Assembly: GCA_036446075.1 (NCBI GenBank)
Contig: JAZFSI010000113.1
Location: 1 to 28,002, forward strand
DNA: 28,002 bases
Reading direction: 5' to 3'
DNA from: Fidelibacterota bacterium
GTDB taxonomy: Bacteria > Fidelibacterota > Marinisomatia > Marinisomatales > TCS55
The position numbers and the translations under genes were made by a program. Shown here piece after piece: positions 17,545 through 24,867 of this stretch. Numbering within the stretch: position 1 is the first letter of the stretch; each line of letters starts with the position of its first letter. The notes beneath the pieces are model-generated. The model was not told the origin of the DNA, searched no databases, and saw nothing but the letters and a program-made list of their open reading frames with translations.

Positions 17545-19275
17545 TTAACTATCTGAATTCTTGTTATTGGCCAGAAGCATCCATCCCCGGGCATTGTTTT
17601 CATTACCTGGATTCAGTTCCAGACTACGCTGCCAGGCGGCGCGGGCCAATTTCTGTTCATTCATTTTCCAATATGTAATGCCCAGTCCCAAATATGCATC
17701 AGCATCGCGGGGTCTCAGTTCAATTACTTCCTGAAAAGCTGCCAGAGATTCCCGATACATTTTATGCTCACGGTAATATTGTCCCAGAGTTCCCATTGAA
17801 CCGGCCAGCCACGCACCTGAATCACGGTTAATACTTAACGCTTTTTGAAATGAGGCCTGGCCCAAACCGGATTCACTTAAGCGATTATATTCGACAGCCA
17901 GAATATAATAAGCCTGAGGAAGATATTTTCGTACGTTTTTATGGTGCGGATCGTAATGCAGCAGATCTTCCCAGGCAGCGGCTGCATAACCCCATTCATC
18001 GGCTTTAAAATAACTTAATCCCTGTTTAAAGCGGGATTCTGTATCATTTGGGTTTAAACGCACAACATCACTATAAGAAAGAGCAGCATAAATGAATTTA
18101 CCTCTGGAATAATACAAGTCCCCCAAGGCTGAATAAGATTCTACATATTCAGGATCTTTTTTTATGGACTCCTGAAACGCAGACTTGGCTTTCCCATAAT
18201 TTCCGGAACCATCGTAAGCTTTGCCTTTTAAAAAAATAAAGCTGCTGTGGTCTGGAAATAAATCCTGACCGCTGATTGCCAATTTAAGGGCTGAACTAAA
18301 TTCTTCCTCGCCCAATTTACTACGGATTAGTGAAATTCTGCGGGCCGGACCTTCAGGATCCAAACCGGCGGATCGGTTCAGAACTTCAGCACTTAATAAT
18401 TTATTTTCTTCCGAACCGAACAAAATAGCCATGGCATCCAGAGTAGCAGCATGATCCGGTTTATAATCCAAGGCTTCATCAAAGGATTGGCGAGCTTTAT
18501 TTAATTGATTAAACCGGGCATAAAATGATCCCAGGTGAAAATGAAAATCCGGATTATAAGAAGCCTGAGAAACCAATCGCAAATAAATATACTTTGCATC
18601 CTCAAGACGTCCTTGATTTTCATATTGCCGCGCCAAATCAATTTGCAGGCGTGTATCATTAGGTTCTCTTCTCACCATTGATTCCAAATCCTGAGTGGAT
18701 GGTTTCGATCTGCGCTCCAGAGTAGTTACTTTCTTTCCTTGCGGAGACTCCAAATAGGATGTTGCTCTCAGAAGATTGCGTGAACTTGCGTCAAAGGCCT
18801 GGGTTATACCGTATATTTCACTGACAAAATCAACTGTATTTACAATCGCGGGAGTTTTAATTGGATTAACACCGGATTTTCCAGCAGCGGCCAGAGATTT
18901 TTTAGAACTGGACTTTTTTAAGATGGCCTGTAATTGCTGGATTCTTTTTTTATTTGATTTAGAAGGACTAAGTCTATAAGCCCGCTGAAAATCCTTCAGG
19001 GCTCCTTTAAAATCCTTCTTTTTAGCTTTGGTGATACCTCTTTTTGTGTAGGCCGCAGCTTTTGAAGAATTGGACTTTACTGTAGATTTTGAAGATTTTT
19101 TCCCGCTTTGTTTTTTTGTTGTTTTCTTTTTGACCGGCCTTTTCTTGCCGGAAGAAACCTTTTTTGCTTTTTTTCCGGATTGAGCATTAAGAGCGGCGCC
19201 AGGCTCTACAGGCAGGGTTCCGGCCAGCAGGCAGATTATTATAAAACGGGTGATCCATCTGAAGAGATTAGTCAT
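17545..19275 (-). CDS. Exported multi-TPR protein with Lys/Ser-rich low-complexity N-terminal tract
   Basis: Signal peptide (to about ALNA-Q), then KKAKKVSSGKKRPVKKKTTKKQSGKKSSK and many canonical TPRs (e.g. SYSALGDLYYSRGKFIYAALSYSDVVRLNP, AYLGLGITYWKMNEQKLARAAWQRSLELNP). Confidence 0.85.
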   Translation of the reverse strand: MTNLFRWITRFIIICLLAGTLPVEPGAALNAQSGKKAKKVSSGKKRPVKKKTTKKQSGKKSSKSTVKSNSSKAAAYTKRGITKAKKKDFKGALKDFQRAYRLSPSKSNKKRIQQLQAILKKSSSKKSLAAAGKSGVNPIKTPAIVNTVDFVSEIYGITQAFDASSRNLLRATSYLESPQGKKVTTLERRSKPSTQDLESMVRREPNDTRLQIDLARQYENQGRLEDAKYIYLRLVSQASYNPDFHFHLGSFYARFNQLNKARQSFDEALDYKPDHAATLDAMAILFGSEENKLLSAEVLNRSAGLDPEGPARRISLIRSKLGEEEFSSALKLAISGQDLFPDHSSFIFLKGKAYDGSGNYGKAKSAFQESIKKDPEYVESYSALGDLYYSRGKFIYAALSYSDVVRLNPNDTESRFKQGLSYFKADEWGYAAAAWEDLLHYDPHHKNVRKYLPQAYYILAVEYNRLSESGLGQASFQKALSINRDSGAWLAGSMGTLGQYYREHKMYRESLAAFQEVIELRPRDADAYLGLGITYWKMNEQKLARAAWQRSLELNPGNENNARGWMLLANNKNSDS

Positions 19276-19367
19276 AAAATTTGAGTGAATTTACAAAATC
19301 GTGGAATGCGGGGCAGTTTTTAATTTCAATTGCATTATGGCGAATACAACTATGATATTAATGAAAT

Positions 19368-19634
19368 TTAGAGAATTTCAAACCACATTAATACACCCAC
19401 AACAATAAATCCTACAGCTGCGACTTTTTCTATTAGCGCAGGGCGAATAATACCCTGCAGCCATTGGCCGACCAAAATGGCAAGCAATGTTAAAATTGCA
19501 AATGCCAGCATAGCTCCCAGAAATATTTCTAAACCATTATAGCCCTTCCCTTTTAAAGCCAAAACTGCTAATTGTGTTTTATCTCCAAGTTCAGCCACAA
19601 AAATCGTAATAAACGTCAACCAGATTATTTTCAT
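19368..19634 (-). CDS. Single-domain (half-size) GDT1/TMEM165/UPF0016 Ca2+/Mn2+ transporter family protein
   Basis: AELGDKTQLA matches E-phi-G-D-[KR]-[TS]; 88 aa with three TM helices. Confidence 0.9.
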   Translation of the reverse strand: MKIIWLTFITIFVAELGDKTQLAVLALKGKGYNGLEIFLGAMLAFAILTLLAILVGQWLQGIIRPALIEKVAAVGFIVVGVLMWFEIL

Positions 19635-19681
19635 TTTCGTTCCATGATTAAAATTAAATTAAAATTTCCCCGTTCCATTTT

Positions 19682-19713
19682 AAAAAAAGGCGAAACAGTT
19701 AGTTTCGCCTTTT
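19682..19713 (-). terminator. Intrinsic (probably bidirectional) terminator after the metal-binding lipoprotein gene
   Basis: Perfect 12-bp stem AAAAGGCGAAAC (19685-19696) / GTTTCGCCTTTT (19702-19713) with a 5-nt loop; on the minus strand it is followed by a U7 tract. Confidence 0.8.
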
Positions 19714-19722
19714 CCAGTTGAA

Positions 19723-20088
19723 TTAAATAGTCTTCAATTTCATGGCATGCAGTCCCAATCCGCACTCTGCACATTCTCCGGGTTTGTCGGACCTTAAATG
19801 ACTATGCTCGGACCTGGGGCAGGCGTAAAATTCCGCATCTTCCGAATCTACAGGCACCGCCTGTACCAGCTGCATGCCGCAGGTTTCACAAGGACCTGCT
19901 TTATCGGAGGTTATATGCTTATGAGATTCCATGGGACAGACATAATAAAATTCTGCAGCCATATTTTCCATTTTCACGGCTTTTGGAGTGTTTTTACCTT
20001 CTTTCTCACCGGCAGTATCTTTTTTCCCGCTGCAAGCGCTGAATACCAGAATCAGTCCCAGGGCCGTGATTAATATATTTTTGTTCAT
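19723..20088 (-). CDS. Lipoprotein with two tandem heavy-metal-binding (HMBD, Y-x-C-P-M-H type) domains
   Basis: Lipobox FSAC; YYVCPMESH...CETCGMQLV and FYACPRSEH...CAECGLGL. Confidence 0.8.
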   Translation of the reverse strand: MNKNILITALGLILVFSACSGKKDTAGEKEGKNTPKAVKMENMAAEFYYVCPMESHKHITSDKAGPCETCGMQLVQAVPVDSEDAEFYACPRSEHSHLRSDKPGECAECGLGLHAMKLKTI

Positions 20089-20135
20089 TATTACAGTATC
20101 CTTATTTGTTTTTGTTTGAATTATTCTAAAAAGAA

Positions 20136-20675
20136 TTATTTGATTAATTTTATGAGGGCTCTGAATTCATCGCCTACTGCACGACCCTGCAGTTCAAATA
20201 AAACCATTTCAACACTTGTTTGCAGTCCTCCGTCGAGCATTATGCGATCCAAGCCCATCTGCATATTGAATTCTGTCCTGGAACTGACAGCATCAGCGAC
20301 CACTTCAACATGAAAATCCCGTTTTAAAAGGTCTGCCGCTGTCTGATAAATGCATACGTGTGTTTCAATACCGCATAATATTACAGCATGTGGGTTAAGC
20401 AGCTCAATTCTTTCCAGAAACTCTTCGTTTTCAGCGCAGCTGAATGCGCTCTTTTTAATTGGATTTTGATCTTTTAACAAATTCCGCACTTCAATGATGG
20501 TTGGTCCAAGTTTTTCAGGTACCTGCTCCATCCAGATAATAGGAAGTCCCAGCAATTTTGCACCTTTTATCAGCAATACCAGATTATGGTACAAAGCATT
20601 TTTTTTATACATTAGATCGGCTAGTTTCTTCTGGACGTCCACAATAACCAGAACAGTTTGTTCCCGCTGCAGCAT
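20136..20675 (-). CDS. Isochorismatase-family cysteine hydrolase (YcaC/ISOC-like)
   Basis: D-K-C triad motifs LVIVDVQ, IKKSAFSC and GIETHVCIYQT; also VADAVSSR and VEMVLFEL. Confidence 0.9.
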   Translation of the reverse strand: MLQREQTVLVIVDVQKKLADLMYKKNALYHNLVLLIKGAKLLGLPIIWMEQVPEKLGPTIIEVRNLLKDQNPIKKSAFSCAENEEFLERIELLNPHAVILCGIETHVCIYQTAADLLKRDFHVEVVADAVSSRTEFNMQMGLDRIMLDGGLQTSVEMVLFELQGRAVGDEFRALIKLIK

Positions 20676-20778
20676 GAAATAAATTAAAAGGGGAAAATTT
20701 TAATTAGATTCATAATTTTCAGCACAGAGAATCACTTCAGAAATTTATCAGGACTTTTACTGATACCTTTAGAAAATT

Positions 20779-23199
20779 CTATTTCCTCTTTGAATATCGA
20801 TTGGATTTTTTTGGATTTTGGAGTTTTTTAAGGGCCTTGTCAATTTTATTCTGGTGAAAGGGATTGTCCAAGTCCAATAATAAAGCAATGTCTTTTTTAT
20901 TTCCATTTGTTCCAATGGCATCAATGCAAATTCCCCTTATATAACGGTTGGGATCATTTAGGTTATTCTTAAACCAATCCAGAGTTTCCGGATAATCTTC
21001 CACGAATCCGAGTAGATAATAGGCTGCATAACTCCGTGCCCTCCAGGTAGTTCCGCCGTAATCCGCCCTGGAAATTAATTCTTTAAGATTCTCATCCGTT
21101 TTATCGTCTCCCAGGAATTTTATGGCCCGGCGCCTTAAAATATCACCATGGGAATCTTTGCTTAATGCCCATGTTATCCATTCCGGAGCTGTTTGGGGAT
21201 CGGTCTTAATTAGAGCGCTTAAGCTTTCGACTAGAATATAATCTTTATTTTCTGTTTCTAAAATATTAACCAGATAAGCGGAAACTTCAGAATTTTCTCC
21301 AAATAGACCCAGTGCTTTTATCCTTTCCCGCCATACTCTGGCGTCTTCTTCGAACGCTAAAGCCAAAATCTTGGTCGCTCCTCCTCTAGGTTTTAATTTT
21401 CCAAATGCCTTTACTGCCTCTTTCCTGACACCCCAAAATGGATCATTTTCCATACTATTTATTAATGCATCAGTTACTTTCCTGCCGGGGCTCCCCTTGC
21501 CAAGTTCAACCGCAGCCCACACTCTGTCCAGCACATGGGGAGCATTTTCCAATTGATAAATCAAATCTTTATCTGATTTTTTAAAGTCTAATATTTTTGG
21601 GGTTTTAAGACCCTCATCAAGGACAACTAAACGGGGCGGCCGGGAACAGGAAAATGAAAATTCATCTTTTAATTTATCAAAAACGATAGAATGCCTGCTT
21701 ATTTTTCCATCATCTATTAATACCGTCATAGGTAATTTAAATAATGAGCTTTCTTCTATATCCTGTGTTTGTTTGATGACCATTATCAATCTATTATTCG
21801 ACCGGTCATAACGGGTAGTAACTTTCAATTCCGGCAGGCCTTTTTTATAAGCCCACTGATTAAAATACCAGAATAAATTTTGCCCGGTCGATTCTTCAAA
21901 TGCTTTTTTCAAATCATTTGTTTCAACATTTTTATAGGCATTATCTATGGTGAATTTTCTTAATCCGCGATTAAAACTTTCATAACCAAGATAATCTCTG
22001 AGCAAATTCATGATAATGGCGCCTTTAGCGTATACATTGGCGTTGAATAAATTATTAGGATTATCGTATTCAAAATACACCATGGGCCGGGGATCATAGT
22101 TGGCTGCCCTTAACATGCTTTTCAGATCACCGTAACGATAATATTCCATTTCATCCCGACCTTTTTCCGCTTCAACCCAGATTAATTCCATGAAGGAGGT
22201 CAATCCTTCATTCAGCCAGATATTAGCCCAGTTTCGGGTCGTTAATAAATCACCGAACCACTGGTGTGCCAATTCATGGGCAACGAGGCCGTCACTGGTA
22301 AAATTGGGGCGAGCTGTTTCCGGATGCATGGTTCTATCAGTCTGGTGTGAAAGTGTAATATTTTCCATACCTCCCCACATAAAATCTTCAACCAAAACCT
22401 GATCATATTTTTCATAGGGATAATCGAAGGCCAAAGATTCATTAAAAACCTTTATCATTTGGGGGGTTTTACCGAATGATCGTAAGGCATCTGCCCGTGT
22501 ATGTTCGGGATACACCCAGTAATTCACAGGCAAATCACCTGATTTATCCTCTACTTTTTTATATTCACCAACGGCAAACGAAATTAGATAACTTACCATG
22601 GCATGATTTTCTCTCCAATGGAAGGTGCGGGTTTCACCGTTGTCCAGGATATTCACGAGTTCACCGTTGGATACAGCTGTAAAAGGTTTATCTACCGTCA
22701 ATATTGTTTCAAAAGTAGCTTTATCATTCGGATAATCATGCAGTGGTACCCAATGATGGTTATCCATTTGTTCTCCCTGAGTCCAGGCTTGTTCATGTTT
22801 ATCGGGATAAACTGAATCTGCGTGTACGAAATACAAACCCAATTTTGGATTTGAGTTGTATTCTATTGAGACAGAAATTGTATCTTTCAGACCATATGTC
22901 CGGTCTAAAGTAATCCATAATTTTCCAGAGTATTGTTCAAAATCCAAAGCTTTATTGTCAGCCAGATAAACTTTTAAAACTTCAGTATCGTTACAATCCA
23001 GTGATATCACAGAAAAATCTGTATTAAAAGGAGTTAGGGTATGGGTTACGAGGCCTTTTAGGGATTCATCCTGTACATTAATGGATAATTCGATTCTGCT
23101 GTGATGCATATCAAAGGTCCGGTCAGGAGTAGCATGATAAGAATCTCCTGCAAAAGAAAGACCGGCGGATAAAATACATATTTTGAAAAATGGATTCAC
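20779..23199 (-). CDS. Exported M1-family zinc aminopeptidase with C-terminal HEAT-like repeats
   Basis: GTG start after a GGGGG SD-like run; signal peptide; GGMEN, HELAHQWFG-x-E (WLNEG) and VYAKGA; helical C-terminus (DPFWGVRKEAVKAFG). Confidence 0.93.
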   Translation of the reverse strand: MNPFFKICILSAGLSFAGDSYHATPDRTFDMHHSRIELSINVQDESLKGLVTHTLTPFNTDFSVISLDCNDTEVLKVYLADNKALDFEQYSGKLWITLDRTYGLKDTISVSIEYNSNPKLGLYFVHADSVYPDKHEQAWTQGEQMDNHHWVPLHDYPNDKATFETILTVDKPFTAVSNGELVNILDNGETRTFHWRENHAMVSYLISFAVGEYKKVEDKSGDLPVNYWVYPEHTRADALRSFGKTPQMIKVFNESLAFDYPYEKYDQVLVEDFMWGGMENITLSHQTDRTMHPETARPNFTSDGLVAHELAHQWFGDLLTTRNWANIWLNEGLTSFMELIWVEAEKGRDEMEYYRYGDLKSMLRAANYDPRPMVYFEYDNPNNLFNANVYAKGAIIMNLLRDYLGYESFNRGLRKFTIDNAYKNVETNDLKKAFEESTGQNLFWYFNQWAYKKGLPELKVTTRYDRSNNRLIMVIKQTQDIEESSLFKLPMTVLIDDGKISRHSIVFDKLKDEFSFSCSRPPRLVVLDEGLKTPKILDFKKSDKDLIYQLENAPHVLDRVWAAVELGKGSPGRKVTDALINSMENDPFWGVRKEAVKAFGKLKPRGGATKILALAFEEDARVWRERIKALGLFGENSEVSAYLVNILETENKDYILVESLSALIKTDPQTAPEWITWALSKDSHGDILRRRAIKFLGDDKTDENLKELISRADYGGTTWRARSYAAYYLLGFVEDYPETLDWFKNNLNDPNRYIRGICIDAIGTNGNKKDIALLLDLDNPFHQNKIDKALKKLQNPKKSNRYSKRK

Positions 23200-23673
23200 T
23201 TATGCCCCCTTTTTTTAGAATGCCGTGCCAGACATACTAATGGGTTTTTAGATTGGTAAAATGATTCAGATTGAAGTTAAATGTAACCCATAATTACAGT
23301 ATACCCAAAGCTGAATCCAGTCTTAAAAATACAGTACGCATCCGAAGTTTAATTCCGAGAATATGGCTTTCTTCTGTTGACCTGTCCCTTATATAGACTT
23401 GTAATTTTATATTAGATATATGTATATTCGCATTGCTTTATCTGCTTTAAGTTATTTGAAAATTGGCCTTCAGCAATTACTTATTTTTTGATTTGGGAAA
23501 TGGGTTTTTTAATCTTTTTCTGCTGTTTTATTATTTACCTCGACTTTTAAAATAATCGTCGAATTATTAAAAATGATAAATAACAAAAAAAGGATTGAAA
23601 AGAAGGGAACTGCCTTAAAACGTTCAACTCTTTTACAGCATGCTCATTTCTTGTTCAAGATTTTGATAATTGC

Positions 23674-23694
23674 TTATTGATTTAAAGTCAATAA
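23674..23694. promoter_or_regulatory. Near-perfect palindrome, candidate transcription-factor operator
   Basis: TTATTGATT-TAA-AGTCAATAA, a 9-3-9 inverted repeat with one mismatch, in the divergent aminopeptidase/rrf2 spacer. The binding protein is unknown. Confidence 0.35.
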
Positions 23695-23852
23695 ATTTAA
23701 AGATAGAACCGCGTTTAACAAGGATTGATGATTCTTGAGCGGGGGACATTCCGTTTTTGGAATTGGCGCATAAGCATGGAATCGTCGATCTTTGTTTTGC
23801 GCCTTGATCTTCTCCTTTTATTCCTCTCATTTGTCCTGATTCTTTTCATGAT

Positions 23853-23881
23853 TTCAACAAAGTCTTGATTGTATTTATAAT
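23853..23881 (+). promoter_or_regulatory. Putative sigma70-type promoter of the rrf2 gene
   Basis: Weak -35 TTCAAC, 17-nt spacer and a perfect -10 TATAAT (23876-23881), 38 nt before the ATG. Confidence 0.4.
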
Positions 23882-23919
23882 CTACCCTTACTTTCTGAAA
23901 AAGATAATGGACTCCTAAA

Positions 23920-24387
23920 ATGTTATATTCAAAATCCGCAGAGTACGCCATTCAGGCTATGATTTACCTGGCTGAAAAAAATGACCCCAAACCCGTCATG
24001 GTTGGTGAAATTGCCAAAGCCTACGGAATACCTCAACAATTTTTAGCAAAAATAGCGCAAAGTCTGGTTAAACAGCGTCTATTGTTTGCCGTACGCGGCC
24101 GCAACGGCGGATTAAAACTTGCTCGCTCCGCCGAGGATATCCTGCTTAATCAAATTGTATTTGCAATTGACGGACCTCCACCGGAAGAAGATATTTGTGT
24201 AATCGGCCTGGATTATTGTTCCGATGATGCCCCCTGCCCGCTCCATCATCAATGGAAACCCATCAGAAAACAAATTCGTACCCTGTTGGAGGAAGAAAAT
24301 CTGGCACAGCTGGCAAGGGTGGTGATTAAAAAGCGTAAAAAAATGACTTTGGAAGGTATTACATCCATTATCGGACAACCCATTTGA
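23920..24387 (+). CDS. Rrf2-family transcriptional regulator with IscR-like Fe-S ligand set
   Basis: MLYSKSAEYAIQAMIYLA, wHTH (EIAKAYGIPQQFLAKIAQSL), wing RGRNGG and CVIGLDYCSDDAPCPLH (C-x6-C-x5-C-x2-H). Confidence 0.93.
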   Translation: MLYSKSAEYAIQAMIYLAEKNDPKPVMVGEIAKAYGIPQQFLAKIAQSLVKQRLLFAVRGRNGGLKLARSAEDILLNQIVFAIDGPPPEEDICVIGLDYCSDDAPCPLHHQWKPIRKQIRTLLEEENLAQLARVVIKKRKKMTLEGITSIIGQPI

Positions 24388-24487
24388 TTTTCATTCCTAA
24401 AAAGGAAAACCAATCTTTTAGCAGTTCCCAATCCTTAAATCAGTTGCGCTAAGTACCACTAACTCAAGTCCCGGGTTAATTAAAATA

Positions 24488-24673
24488 AGTGACAGGTGAC
24501 GAGAAAAATCTCTGATTTTTTCTGTAACGGGTAACGGGTAAAATCCTTTCTATACAAATACTATTTACTACTGACTTTTTTTCTTCTTCACCCTTAACTG
24601 CTCACTGCTCATTGAAGGAGTGACGGGTGACAAGAAAAATCAGAGATTTTTCTGTAACGGGTGACTGGTAAAA
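24488..24673. repeat. Two imperfect ~56-bp direct repeats (24488-24543 and 24619-24673), each with a palindromic core
   Basis: Manual alignment gives 48/56 identity and a 131-bp period. The cores are AGAAAAATC-TCT-GATTTTTTCT and AGAAAAATC-AGA-GATTTTTCT, flanked by GTGACRG and GTRACGG heptamers. Confidence 0.85.
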
Positions 24674-24761
24674 CATTTTTCCATCAATATCTTTTTTACT
24701 CCTCACTGCTAACTCGTAACATGTAACTATTTTCCCTCTGAACTCTGCCCTCTGGTTTCTG
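24593..24761. repeat. Short tandem heptamer tracts in both orientations
   Basis: TTAACTG-CTCACTG-CTCATTG (24594-24614); CTCACTG-CTAACTC-GTAACAT-GTAACTA (about 24702-24729); CCCTCTG-AACTCTG-CCCTCTG-GTTTCTG (24734-24761). Confidence 0.6.
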
Positions 24762-24806
24762 ACTGTCCCGCTAGGAGCGCAGCAGCGTAGCGGCAGTGGC
24801 GGGAAC
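24748..24806. repeat. REP-like GC-rich palindromic element, left copy
   Basis: TGTCCCGC...GGCGGGAAC hairpin; 24748-24783 matches the reverse complement of 27943-27978 at 33/36. Confidence 0.7.
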
Positions 24807-24867
24807 TTCTTCTCTCCCCTATGATTTCCGGCTTCTCCCAAGCGTTTAATTAGCATAAATTTACCAC

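Noticed and set aside
23677-23691. FNR/CRP box
   Set aside because: Spacing is TTGA-N7-TCAA rather than the TTGA-N6-TCAA needed; kept only as an unassigned palindrome.
23633-23951. Minus-strand ORFs 23633..23830 and 23715..23951
   Set aside because: No motifs. The second overlaps the rrf2 start and promoter, and its Arg/Lys richness simply mirrors a pyrimidine-rich plus strand.
24488-24673. CRISPR array (repeats next to a Cas4-like nuclease domain)
   Set aside because: Only two units, too long (~56 bp), 8 differences, a 75-bp gap, and no cas1/cas2 or effector genes.
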